A stretch of 64,000 nt of DNA from Eledone cirrhosa (lineage: Eukaryota): NCBI GenBank assembly GCA_964016885.1, contig OZ024744.1:84630001-84694000 (forward strand). Reading direction: 5' to 3'. The notes under the pieces are model-generated. The model had not been told where the DNA came from, did not search any database, and saw only the letters and a list, made by a program, of their open reading frames with translations. Each line of letters begins with the position of its first letter. Position 1 is the first letter of the stretch. Shown one piece after another: positions 24,935-38,012 of the stretch. The translations under genes and the position numbers were made by a program.

Positions 24935-27900
24935 TATTATTATTATTATTATTATTATTTGCATTTATCTTGCTTCATGTTCATACGAGTTATCACCAAG
25001 TCACAACCAGTGACCTCAAGAGACAACAAGGTCCGCCATGTTCAAGAAAGAACATACATATTCACACATGCATCCTTAGTGTTTAGACTTGTGATGTACT
25101 TATATTGACAGGATCTTCCTTAGTATATGGGCAGTTCCCATTAGTACTATATTTTGTATTTCTCCTATATGCGGGTTTCCTGGGATTTGCGATAAGTAGT
25201 CGTTAGACCCCTTAGGTATCATTCCCAGAGCGCCTACAACCACTGGTATTGTTTTAGTTCTCAATTTCCACATTTTTCCAATTTCTATCTCCAGGTCCTT
25301 ATACTTGCTCAATTTTTCAAATGTTTTTATAGATACATTCTTGTCTGTTGGAACAGACATATCAATTAACAAGCATACCCTCCTTTGAAAGTCCTTCAAT
25401 ATTATATCAGGTCTATTTGCATCTATTTTTCGGTCTGTTTGGATGCTAAAGTTCCACAAGATTGAGATGTGATCTTTTTCAAGTATGGGAGGTGGTTGAT
25501 GCTCCCACCAATTCTTTTGATGGGGCAGGTCAAAATGCTTACACATTATCCAATGTATGTATTGTGCAGCTCTGTCATGCCTGTTTAGGTATTCGGTTGG
25601 AGCTATAGGACTGCACATTGAAATTATATGGTCAATGGTCTCTGGTTGTTTTTTGCATACACGGCATAATGGGCTGCACCCATTTTTTATTATGTTGGCT
25701 TGGTAATTTTTTGTTGGCAGACACTGATCTTGTGCCGATATAATCAGTCCTTCAGTCTCCGATTTCAGTCCAGAGGATGCCAACCACTGATGGGTTAAAG
25801 TTTTGTCAACATCAGGATTGTTAGCTCGCTCTGGGTATTTTCCATACAGAGGCTTTTCTTGCCATTTCTTAGCCAGTTTTTGTAGCAGTTCTTTCTTTGC
25901 AGTTACTTTTACCTGCTTTGCTTTTTCTGTGTTTTCCATTTCAGCAGTAAATGGGACTTCTGAAATTTGTAGTCCATTACTGTATCTTTGTGCATCTTTT
26001 GTAATGGAATATGATCTTTTGGTGCTTTCGTGTTTCAAAACGAGTTTGATCATCCAATCATGTGATTCCCTTAGATATGTGGATAATCCAATTGTTGCAG
26101 TTTTCAACGCAATGTCTAACTGGATTAACCCACGTCCTCCTTCTTTCCTAGGGAGATATATTCTATCTATGTCTGCCTTAGGGTGATGCATTCTGTGCAT
26201 GGGTAAGAATTTTCGGATTTTTGTATCGAGCCTACGGATCTCTGTGCTTGACCAGTTGATGACATTGTAACTGTAGGTTACTACTGGTATGGCAAGCGTG
26301 TTTATGGCATCGATCCTATTCCTTGCATTCAATTCCGTTCTTAAGATTGCTCTGACTCTGCGGTAACATTCCTTCCTTATCCTTTCCCTCATTGTCGAGT
26401 GCTTGATTCCGTCTCCTTCACAAACACCTAGATATTTGTAAGTTTTTTCTTGATCAAGCTCTCTTATCACGTTCCCCCGATCAAGATTAATGTCTGAACT
26501 CTTCAGCAGCTTTCCTCTGGTGAACGTTGCTTTGGCGCATTTATCCAGTCCAAACTCCATTTTAATGTCATCACTGAACTGCTTCACAGTGGATAATAGC
26601 CCTTGCAATTGTTCATCATTTTTTGCAAATAGTTTCAGGTCATCCATGTAGAACAGGTGATTAATGGTTTTGTCATAGACTCTATATCCATGTTTTGTTT
26701 CATTGAGCATTTTACTTAATGGTATAAGTGCGATGCAGAATAAAAGCGGTGATAAAGAGTCACCCTGAAAAATTCCACAATTAATATTAACTTCTCCAGC
26801 TTCCAGTGATTTTGTTTCACTATTCAAAAGGAGTGTCGTTCTCCATGTCTTCATACTGAATGACAAAAACCTCCTGACAACGGGGGATATTTTGGAAATC
26901 TCTAAACATTTTTCAATCCAACTGTGTGGCAAACTATCGAATGCTTTTTTATAATCTATCCAAGCAATCGATAGATTTTTGTGTCTATTATGACAATCTT
27001 CCAGTATCATTTTGTTAACCAGAAGCTGATCCTTACAGCCATATGAGCCTCGTTTACACCCTTTCTGCTCAATGGGAAATAGGTCATTTGTTATCAGGTG
27101 GTCATATGTGTATTCAGTTTGGACTGATGTTAACATTTTATACATTGTGGTCAAGCAGGTTATCGGTCTGTAATTTTTGGGATTGTTTGTCTCATCATTC
27201 TTCGGTAGCAGGAATGTAATGCCGTTAACTAGCCATGATGGTATCTTTTCTGGCTCCTTAACTATTTCATTGTAAAGTTGGGCTAACAGCTCATGAGACT
27301 CTGTGAAGGCATTTATCCAAAAGTTTTGTATTTTGTCTTTTCCTGGGGATTTCCATTTGCTGGTTTTTCTTAGAGCCAAGCGCAACTGTTCAACTGTTAT
27401 ATTTTCCCATATTTGTTCTTCAAGGTGAGCTGTTTCTTTCATTTGTCTGTCTATCCATGGGGCATGTATGTTATGAACTTTTTCTTCGGCCCAGATCTTT
27501 TCCCAGAATTCTTGCACTTCCTCCTTGGGTGGTATTGATTTAGCAGTTATTGTTGACTTACCAATTTTTCTGTAGAAGTTTCTTTGGTTGTTTTTGAACA
27601 TATTATTGTCCTTATAGAATCTAGATCGTTTTTCAAAGCGCCTTATACGAGCAGCTTTGGCCGACACTTTTTGCTTGATTGTTTCTATCAGCATGTCTAT
27701 GTCACATGTTGATTTTATACTGTACTTTTTTTTCAATTTTCTAAGTTTAGTTTGTTTAACATGTTCACCTACTTTATAGTTTGTTAAAATTTCTATGTCA
27801 GATCGGAGAAGGTTTATTTGGCGATTGATGTTATCTTACCAAGTAGATTTCGTATGGGAATTCCTTTGTTTTTTCATCTTCACTCCACATAAGTGAGTGG

Positions 27901-28910
27901 TGACTTTAGCCGATGCATAATAGAGATGATTTAAATCAGTAATGTTTAGTTTGTTTGTGATGATAATGTTTTTGAGAATTATGTTAGTCTTGTGTATTAT
28001 CTTTTGGTTCTGTTTGGAGTTCTGGATCTTAGGGAGGGTGTCTCGTTGCTCCATGTCAGATTCTTTCATTTTCATCCATTCGATCATAATTTCATCCTTC
28101 AAGTTGGCAAGTTCATTCTCATTCATTTCTTTATCATTTACGATCTCATTATTTTCATTTGGAGTTTCATCCTGAGCATGCACTCCCTCCACTTTTTCGA
28201 TCCTTTCTTTAATTTGTTCTGTTGCCAGTGATTCCGCCCCAACCCTGGGATTCGAAGTGTTACAGTTTACCTCGTTTTCACTGACACATGCTTCATTTTC
28301 CCTTCGCTGACTTTGTGCTACTAGCTTGATCTGATCAATTTCTATATCAGTTAGTAACTTTTTTCTTACAATATTTCTTCGTATATTGGCTAGTTTGTTA
28401 CTGTCAATATAGCCTCTGTTTTCGGGATGTTTCTTTTTCCAGTTGATATATGTTTGTTCTGTATTCGATGTATTTGATGGGTAGTACATGGCAGTGTAGA
28501 AAGCCTCAAGGACTTCTTTATTATCTTCCCTTGACCATTTTTCTCTCTTTTTCTTTGGATTTCTTGGTGGTGAGCATGGAGGGCCAACAGTAGGAGTATT
28601 CCGGTTATGGGAGGTCTCCAGCTCCGAAGTGATGGGAAGGTTTGAACCATTAGCTGATTTTTCGACCCCAGTCTGGTTCCTCTCTGAGGGACGCGGCCCT
28701 TTTTTACCCGGGTGACGGCCGATCCGGTATGAGATTTTATCATTAGACATTTACTTTATTTTGTCGCGTTTTATCCTTATCCGCCAAGGGGTAATCATTT
28801 CGTGTTACCACTTCTAGAACGAGTGTCAATCAAGACTAGAGGGGTCGTTCTCCCCTAGAGACATGGCTATTCCCCGCCGGCCGCCATCCCGGTATTTCTT
28901 GGTCACGGGG
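24935..28910 (-). mobile_element. Dong/R4-clade LINE, family 2, apparently full length
   Basis: Structured 5' UTR 28751-28910, single long ORF, 3' UTR ending in (TAA)n. Confidence 0.93.
25100..28750 (-). pseudogene. RT plus restriction-like endonuclease ORF (~1216 codons) with one in-frame TAA at 27836-27838
   Basis: The 304-aa and 878-aa ORFs are in the same frame and the 33 intervening codons are open (DNINRQINLLRSDIEIL..). Motifs YMDD, CRVC..H....C, RHD, RPD..D. Confidence 0.9.
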
Positions 28911-29872
28911 TTTTTTTTTGTTGTTTTTTTTTAAATTGTTATTATCATGAGTGGTTCCTTAATGTGAGCATTGCGTGGCTTAAGAATGAAAGTATTAATA
29001 ATTGTCTCCACTCCAGGCACAAGGCCAGCAATCACCCAGTGCATTACAATAATATAATATACTTTTTGTTGTAGTTGGCTGTTATTGTTGTTGGCTATGT
29101 CGGTGGTGGTGCCGGGGCTTTTTATATTGTTGGTGAGGAAGGGGTGAGCCAGCAGTCCCATAATTGTTGATGTAGACGTTTGGCCGGTGGCAAGGTCACC
29201 AAGTCAATCTATTTATATCTTTTGCTAGCCTCACTCTTGTCTAGTGATACCGCCACCTTCCCTTTTCTCTCTCAAGTTAACAGGGGAATAGTGTCAGTAG
29301 CATTGAATGAGTGGTGGCGGCGATGATGGCTGCGGTGGGGTGAGGCAGCGGTGGTGTTGTGGTTACTGATATAGTATCTATGAGTTTGTGTTCGTATGTT
29401 TAATATATATTTTTATTATATTTTGTGTTGACATATTCCCGTAAAATTTGAATTAAACATTTTTTAAAATTTGAGACAATAATAATAGTAATTATTATTA
29501 TGATGCTGGTGAAATTGCCGTTATCTGGCTGTTATATTTAGTGTGATGGGATAGGTAGTGTATCAAGTTTCTGGTGTTGGTGAAATTGAAATTGCTGCTA
29601 TTTGGCTGTTCTATATAGTGTAGACAGAGGGTGTTTTGTTCCATTTATAACCATTTTCTTTTTTTGAATACAAAATATATAATACAAAATTGAATATTTG
29701 AGCGATACAACAATATAATATGGATCCGAAACTTTATGGGACCTCATTCGGTGCATTTATGCAACATTTGTGCTAAGAATTGTTCTTTCACAATTGATTT
29801 AAATATGTTAAAAATCAAAAATTTACGGGAGCAATTTCGTGACGTTCTACCACCTCGTGCGTCTTCTTCCCT

Positions 29873-30640
29873 TTATTATTATTATTTGCATTTATCTTGC
29901 TTTATGTTTATACGAGTTATCACCAAGTCACAACCAGTGACCTCAAGAGACAACAAGGTCCGCCATGTTCAAGAAAGAACATACATATTCACACATGCAT
30001 CCTTAGTGTTTAGACTTGTGATGTACTTATATTGACAGGATCTTCCTTAGTATATGGGCAGTTCCCATTAGTACTATCTTTCGTATTTTTCCTATACGCG
30101 GGTTTCCTGGGATTTACGATAAGTAGTCGTTAGATCCCTTAGGTATCATTCCCAGAGCGCCTACAACCACTGGTATTGTTTTAGTTCTCAATTTCCACAT
30201 TTTTCCAATTTCTATCTCCAGGTCCTTATACTTGCTCAATTTTTCAAATGTTTTTATAGATACATTCTTGTCTATTGGAACAGACATATCAATTAGCAGG
30301 CATACCCTCCTTTGAAAGTCCTTCAATATTATATCAGGTCTATTTGCATCTATTTTTCGGTCTGTTTGGATGCTAAAGTTCCACAAGATTGAGATGTGAT
30401 CTTTTTCAAGTATGGGAGGTGGTTGATGCTCCCACCAATTCTTTTGATGGGGCAGGTCAAAATGCTTACACATTATCCAATGTATGTATTGTGCAGCTCT
30501 GTCATGCCTGTTTAGGTATTCGGTTGGAGCTATAGGACTGCACATTGAAATTATATGGTCAATGGTCTCTGGTTGTTTTTTGCATACACGGCATAATGGG
30601 CTGCACCCATTTTTTATTATGTTGGCTTGGTAATTTTTTG
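29873..30640 (-). mobile_element. 3' fragment of Dong/R4 family 2 between (TAA)n tracts
   Basis: Near-identical to 24945-25713. Confidence 0.95.
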
Positions 30641-30667
30641 TTTTATTATTATTATTATTATTATTTG

Positions 30668-30717
<50 letters not shown>

Positions 30718-30719
<2 letters not shown>

Positions 30720-31070
30720 CATAGTTACGTCCCTTTACGATCTGAGTTCAAATCCCGCCGAGGTTGACTTTGCCTTTCATCCTTACGGGGTCGATAAAAT
30801 AAAGTACCAGTAATGCACTGAGTAATTGCTGGCCTTGTGCCTAAAGTAGAAACAATTATTATTATTATTGGATTGGCAGTATCGGTAGAGGGTCGGACGC
30901 CATGCTTTCAGCATAGTTACGTCCCTTTACGATCTGAGTTCAAATCCCGCCGAGGTTGACTTTGCCTTTCATCCTTACGGGGTCGATAAAATAAAGTACC
31001 AGTAATGCACTGGGTAATTGCTGGCCTTGTGCCTAAAGTAGAAACAATTATTATTATTATTATTATTATT
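30718..31070 (+). mobile_element. Two tandem SINE copies with (ATT)n tails
   Basis: SINE consensus twice; the first copy is 5' truncated. Confidence 0.92.
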
Positions 31071-31076
31071 GTTGTT

Positions 31077-31520
31077 GGGCTGAAGACGAGCACTTACCTC
31101 TTCGGTGATGCCCTGATTAACTTTTTCAAATTTCATTTGAAAAGGAAAATCAGGGTAGAGCTCTCTTCCCAGCATTTTGTTGAAAGATGGGTGAGAGAGG
31201 TAAGAATGGCCCGAGTGAATAGGCCTACTCTGAGTATGTGTCTGTAAATTAAAGGTGGAAAACTGGGAGAGGGCACTTGCTCTGGTGGTCAGGGTCACTG
31301 TGGCTTTTTAATGGGCTTTCTCCACGAATGTCCCTCGGAAGTCTCCCCCCCCCCCCCATTGGGGAATTTTTCATTGTTATTTTTTCTTACATCCTCTGTT
31401 TTTGTTTTTTACACGCAGAAATGCCCATTTGTACCGTCCTGTATTGTCCTGTACTGTCCTTAATGTCTACCTTATGTAAACCCTTGTGGTTAATAAAGAA
31501 AGCATTATTATTATTATTAT
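31077..31520 (+). mobile_element. 3' fragment of a Tx1/L1-type LINE
   Basis: LFGDALINFFKFHLKRKIRVE, same 3' UTR layout, (ATT)n tail. Confidence 0.88.
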
Positions 31521-31741
31521 TGTTGGTGAAGCCACGCTTCTTATCGCCTCCAGTTTTTTTCAACGTTTTACCTCGTTTTCAACCGTTCTAAACCTTTTAT
31601 TCAAGTTTAAAATTGATAAAAGTTTAGAAGAAGTGACCCACCTAATACAGGGGTTCACTAGTAAATAATACGGCACCCCTTTACGGGGTGTCGTATTCGT
31701 ATTCGTATTGATGTAAACATATTTTTTTGAAAAATTTCAAC

Positions 31742-33707
31742 ATGGATAACACAAGAAAGAGAGAGAGCGCTGTCAGACAACACAGAGAGAGGGAGACTTT
31801 ATCGGCATGTCAACAAGACAGCGTTCCAGCGGAGGTAAATATAAACGAAAATATTACAAAGGAAAAAAAGATTGTTACAGATTTAAAATTAACAAATATT
31901 TCTAACACAAACAACACCAACAGTAACACCAACAACAACACCAACAACAACACCAGCAATAACAACAGCAATAACAAAAATAACAGCGGTAAAGTCGAGA
32001 ACGACAATAACAAAAATAACAGCGGTAAGGTCGAGAACGACAATAACAAAAATAACAGCGGTAAGGTCGAGAACGACAATAACAACAGCCACAACAACAA
32101 TAATAGTAGGAACAGTATCAACAAAAACAACAATAATAACAACAGCCACAATAACAGTAACAACAGCAACAGTATCAACGAAAACAACACCAACAACTGT
32201 ACCAGCGAAAAGAACAACAATGACACCGATACCTGTAATAGCGACCTCAGCACCACCAGTTAAGACCAGTAGCGGCAGCAATAGTGGTGCTGCTGAAAAA
32301 GGGACCACTTCTTTTGCAGGTGTCGCCCGAAATATCCAGACAGTGTTAGTCACAGAGGAGGAGATGGCAGTCGCAAGGGCCATGGTGACAAGAAGCGCAA
32401 ATAGAGTTTCCCTGAAACCTCCACCCGATTTTTTCAAGGACCAGCAGCTACGGACGGTGACTTACCGCACCGTAAGCAAAATCTCACATCGAGTGGAGAG
32501 AGCCATGGAGGCTCAAATCCAAAATGCCTTGGGGTGCGTCTGGGCACGCAAAACCCACATCACCCGAGGTAGAAAGTACGCCACAGTAGACGTACTTTTC
32601 GCCACCGCCCAGGAAGCAAAGTCTCACTCTTTGGAAACCCTAAAGAGTGAGGAGTTAGTCTTGGTGCCCTCCTACTGCGGGCAGAAAATTGTGAGGGTCA
32701 AAGTGACCCGACGTTCCCATACCTTGGCTGGCCGCGTCTGTCCTTGCTGGAATTGAGAACAGGGCGACTATGCTGCAAGTAGAAAAAATAGGGAGAGAGA
32801 ACTGGTCAGGTATAGGCATGCAAATGCTTATACAAACTGACCAGGAGTGTATCGACGCTATCTCCGATATCATAGACATCGAGGAAGGACTCCAACTTCC
32901 TATAAGTGTAGAAGGAAGACGGCCAAAATGTTATCTCTGTGGGTCGAAGGGTCACCTCAGGGCCTTTTGCCCGCAGAAGACAGCGAAGAGGGCCCCTCTC
33001 CTTCCAATACCTGGTCCGGTGCTACCAAGAGCAGGACAGGCAACAAACGAAGAAGCGCCTTCCACGGTGAGTAGGAGGGCAACGTCCGTAGCACCCGTAC
33101 CAAGGCCACGGATAACTAAAGCAGCATCATCAGAAGCGGCAACACCAATAGCTACATTTGAAGTAGCTACACCAGCAACAAAATTGCCGAAGAGGGCTCC
33201 ACTACCACCACCAACAGCCGTGGAGCACATACCCCTCCCAGACGCCACAGAATCCGACATGGAGTTTGAGGCGGGAGTGAAGTGGCAAACGGTCTGCCAC
33301 AAAAAACAAAAAACAAAAAAACCCTTAGATACACCCTCCAAAAGAGGGGTAAAGGCAGCAAGGAAACTTGCAGCAACACCACCACAAACACCAACAACGC
33401 AAACACAACAAGACCACACACCAAACAGCAACAAGAAGAAAACAGCAACAAAATCACCCCTCCCCCCAAAAAGTACACAGCCATAAACATGGCAAAAAAA
33501 GAACTCATACAATATATAAAGCAGCACACAGATATCACAGAAAAAAACCACTACACCCCACCAACACCAAGAACTCTCCCGACAAACATAAGCATCATCG
33601 AAATCTCAATAGAACAATACAAAACTTTAAAACAAAAATTCCCCAACGCAGTTGGAGACTTCAAAGGGTCGGTTACCAAGAGGATATACACTGACATCCT
33701 CTTGTAA
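31742..33707 (+). pseudogene. LINE ORF1, frameshifted; Asn-rich N-terminus and CCHC zinc knuckle
   Basis: CYLCGSKGHLRAFC; three 36-bp NKNNSGKVENDN repeats; at least 3 frame breaks. Confidence 0.8.
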
Positions 33708-33802
33708 ACACCCATGGCCGGCGAAAGGGACGGTTCTACTGTCCCTTCAACACACGATCAAGGTAAGTGACCCTTTCTCACTTGCCCCGTTTCTCATCCA
33801 AC

Positions 33803-36800
33803 ATGGCTGTACTCAGAATAGGCAGTATAAATGCACGTAGCCTGGGGTCATCTTGGAAGCAGGGTCACCTGATCAATGACCTCAGGTCACTAAACATAGA
33901 TGTGGTGGCCATCAGTGAAACCAGAATCTCCGAAGCACGGGCCTTCGCACCGATCTTCGGCGGCTACGATGTATACGCATCTCCCAGCCGTCCAGGATCG
34001 GGGGAGGGGTTGCCGTCCTTTTTCGAAGAGGCTTGGATCTCGCCATACGGGCCATCTTCCTGGACCCAGAAGGTAAGTCGGTGGTGCTGAACGTGACCGG
34101 CAGCGAAGGCAATGCTTTCAAGCTAGTAGCCGTCTACGCCCCAACCGGAGCAGGACGGCCAGATTTCTTCACACGTATAGAGACTTTTCTTGGAACGTCC
34201 CGCTCTTTAGTGTTAGTGGGCGACTGGAACGGTATCTTGGATGCACGCTGGGATCGTGTGGGGCTAATGGATAGGGGAGGAGGGTGCAAGAGCCTCACCA
34301 ACCTGCTCAGACGTTTTGAACTGTCTGACAGGTATCGACTGAATCACCCGAATGTGGGCCAATGTGGACATGGACAAATCGCATCGGGTCATCCAGATCG
34401 TATCTCGATAGGGTATTCTGCAGAGAACTAGATAAGGCTAGTATAAGTTGTCCACAATTTAAAATAGTCGACTACACAGACCACAAATTTGTGATCTGTG
34501 AGATCGACATAGACAGACTTCATAGACAAGGGCCTGGTTACTGGAAGCTGAACGCGTCTTTTCCGGCGCGCAAAGCCTACAGAGACCGGATTAGCGTATT
34601 AGTTAAGCGGGCGTTGACGGGAGCGGTCGTCAACAACAGGTGGTGGTTCGCCCTGAAAAGGGCAATTAAAGTAGAGTCGATTAGGTTTAGCAAAGGAGTA
34701 GTGATAGAGGAAAATAGAGTAGAGGGAGAGCTAGTCAGAAAGCTAGAAGAGGCGTTTAGGACAGGCATTGCAACCGACGTGCTTGCGGCGAGATCGGCAC
34801 TCGACCAATTCTTCAACGCAAAACAGGAAGGCTGCGTTGTCAGAGATAGAGCGCGTGCTCTGAAACACGAGGGGACAAAAGCCGTCCAATGGGCCCGGGT
34901 GGCAGAGGCGCGACGTGGCAACAAAGCCACAATTCGATCTTTGTTTGACCAAAACGGGTGCGTGATGCTCGAACCCAAGCGGATGTGTAAAGCTTTTCAG
35001 CAGTACTCTGCTGAACTGTTCGGGAGTGGCGGCGGCTCGGATCGTGGCATGGACTTCAGTGCATACCTCGACGGACTGCCTCGGCTCTCAACGACCGTAG
35101 CACAGTGTTGCGAAAAGCCAATAACAGCCGGTGAAATACGGAAAGCGATGGCTAACTGAACAAGGGGTAAATCGCCAGGTTTGGATGGTCTGCCCTACGA
35201 GCTTTATGCATTTATGCCAGACGTGTTCGGTGACCTCTTGGAAACGTCTACTGCAACTGGCAGCAGAACGGGAGCATTCCCAGTTTTGTGAGCCGGGGAG
35301 CAGTGGCGCTGCTGAGAAAAGACCCGAACAAGGGGGATGTTATCGATAATGTCAGGCCCATAACCCTGCTAAACGCAGAGTTCAAGATTTTGGCCAAGGT
35401 GTTAGCAACGAGATTGGCGCTTGTCGTGAGGGGTCTGGTGGGAGAGGCGCCATTCCGGACAGATCCATACACGACAACCCCCACCTCATGCGATACATCA
35501 TAGAGAGGGTGGTTAAGGAACCTGACAAGGGTGGGGCCCTGATCAACTTGGATCAATCCAAAGCATTCGATAGGGTCGACCACCGGTACTTGGCGGCGGT
35601 CCTCGACGCAGCCGGTTTCGGGCCCGTTTTCAGGGGTTGGATCACAGCAATGTACAGTGACATCTGCTCAGTTGTGATGGTGAACGGTCACCTGTCGCAG
35701 CCGTTCAGCATCATGCGCTCAGTCCGCCAGGGTTGTCCCCTCTCGTCCCTCTTGTACGTATTGGCTCTCGAGCCGTTACTGCACAAACTGGGGGCGATGA
35801 GGGGCGTCCCACGTGAACTAGGATGCCGGAAATCCGAGTCGGCTTACGCTGACGACGTAACCGTGGTGGTGTTGAGCACCAGACACGTCCAGATGCTCGG
35901 CACCGCTCTCAAGGAATACGAAGCGGTGACAGGAACAAAGATAAACCAGGAAAAGCCGGTGGGCTTGCAGCTCGGCACCTGGAGAGGCAAGTCCATGCCG
36001 TCCGACAGCGTCGTGGGGCGTTGGACGAACGGACCGGTTAAATTGTTCGGGGTTTGGTTCGGACAGGACCTCCAGTTGGAGAAAAACTGGAACGAGGTGA
36101 CGAGCAGGGTGGCCTCCCTCACCCAGAAATGGGCCGAGAGGAAGCTGTCCCTGAAAGGCCGGGCGGAGGTAGCGAATGCGTACATCGCATCCGTCATCTG
36201 CTACCGCCTCACCGTCGTCCCTTGCTCCAGCCCAACTCTCACCAAAATGGAGCGCCTCCTCTTCCGCTTTTTGTGGAAGGGACGCGCTCCCATGGTCAGA
36301 CGATCCATCTGCTGTCAACACCCGTTGCGTGGAGGACTGGCATGCCATGGCTGATGATGCGCAAACATGCGCTGAGGCTGCGACATCTCTGGTGCTTCCT
36401 TGATGGTGAACGGGTGTGGTCGCCGTTCGCCAGGCACGTTTTCCCACAGCTCGTCTCCTTGACGGAGCTGCAGTCCTGGGTCAGAAAAAGACCGAGGGAT
36501 AGCGCTTGGAAACTGGAATGTCTCCAGGCGCTGACTGCCCGCTGCCAGCTGGGCACCAGTATTGGTGGAACATCCACCTCGGCATTCTATAGAGGACTAG
36601 TGGAGGGGAAGAGCGACGACGTTCTCGGAGAGATCCTGGGCGTCGAAGAAGATCAGCTGTTTGCTCTCTTCCGGAGAACTTTCAACCCGGAGCCTATGGA
36701 TAACTTCCAAAAATCCCTGGCCTGGCAGTGCTACCGGGGAGCGCTGCCGGTTCGAGATAAGCTCTACAGGCACGGAACTGCCGTCAGCCGAGCCTGTCCG

Positions 36801-37200
36801 AGATGCGCGCAGAGCCACGAAACCGTTGTGCACGCACTCGTTCAGTGCCCGAGCATTGCTGACTTGTGGAGCTATGTCGAACAGTTGCTGTCACGTGTGG
36901 GACTGATCCGGTTGTCGACTGAGTCCATTGTGCAGATTGTCTCGCCTTCTTCCTTCGAGGAGGAAGGGCAGGCGGTTTTCATCTGCCTTGTGGCCATGGC
37001 GAAAGAGATTGCGTGGTGGACAAAGTTAAAAGGGCTAAAGACAGACACTTTCCTCTTCGGCGAATCCCTAATTAACTTTTTCAAGTTTCACTTGAAGAGG
37101 AAAATCAGGGTGGAGAGGCAAGTGCTGCCTTCTAGCAAGATTGTTGAAAGGTGGGTGAATGTAGCGAGAATGGTCCGCTACATATACGTCTGTAGTTTGA
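33803..37200 (+). pseudogene. LINE ORF2 (APE, RT, Cys domain), frameshifted
   Basis: SINARSL, ISET, VYAP, GDWN, YLDR, TDHK, GKSPGLDG, LDQSKAFDRVDH, YADD, CPRC..ETVVHALVQC. Confidence 0.9.
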
Positions 37201-37485
37201 GAGATGGAAAAATTGAGAGAGGGCACTTGTCCTGGTGGTCAGGGTGGCCGTGGTCTTTTGTGTGGTTTTCGCACGAGTAACCCTCGGAGGTTTCCCCCCT
37301 ATTGGGGAATTTTTCATTGTTTCTATTTTCATTTTTATTGTTTATATATATATATGTTTTATGTCCTTTTTTTTCTTTTCTTATATAAATAATAAAAATA
37401 TTTACACGCACAAAACCCACATCGTACCGTCCTGTGCCGTCTGTAATGTTTTTCTTGATGTCAGCCCTTGTGGCCAATAAAGAAA

Positions 37486-37515
<30 letters not shown>

Positions 37516-37516
<1 letters not shown>

Positions 37517-38010
37517 GAATGCAAAAAGAAAAGAAAAAACACACAAAGGACTGTGAAGGAAAATTTGTTTAAGAAAGTCCCAAACAAGTCCCAAGCAAGC
37601 CATTTAATGTAAGGGGTTATGAAGAAGAATACATTAAGCCGAAAGGAATTACCGTATTTCCCGGTGCCAAAGACGCTTCGTCCTCGAGGGCACACTAATT
37701 TTGACAACTAAAAATTTGAAAAAAAATAAATAATAAACAACCTGAGACTTATTTTAAGGGAAGAAGTAGCGTCTTCGACGCCGGAAAATACGGAAATTTA
37801 CTTTAGACTTGAAAGAGTTCTGGTCATAAGAAGGAGGAAAACAATGAGATAGAAGAGAGTTCCAAATTCTGGCAGTTCGAGGTAAAAAAAGACTGTAGTA
37901 AGACTTCCTTAACAGACATCTGGTTAAAGGCGTTGGGAATTTCAAGTTAGGCGAGATGGCACAAAGTGATCTGGATCCAAAACAGAAAATTCTTCTCAGC
38001 ACTTGCCGTG
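37516..38010 (-). mobile_element. 3' fragment of a CR1/Zenon-like LINE
   Basis: FLPRTARIWNSL..CFPPSYDQNSFKSKVN C-terminal motif. Confidence 0.65.
37652..37793. mobile_element. Tc1/mariner-pogo type MITE
   Basis: ~25-bp TIRs CCGTATTTCCCGGTGCCAAAGACGC / GCGTCTTCGACGCCGGAAAATACGG, preceded by TA. Confidence 0.75.
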
Positions 38011-38012
38011 GT

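Larger units (their letters stand above)
31521..37515 (+). mobile_element. Near full-length Tx1/L1-type LINE
   Basis: 5' UTR with hairpin AATACGGCACCCC-TTTAC-GGGGTGTCGTATT, ORF1, ORF2, 3' UTR with AATAAA and (ATT)n. Confidence 0.9.

Noticed and set aside
27836-27838. Programmed readthrough or selenocysteine in the Dong ORF
   Set aside because: The codon is TAA, not TGA, and occurs in one copy; a point mutation is simpler.
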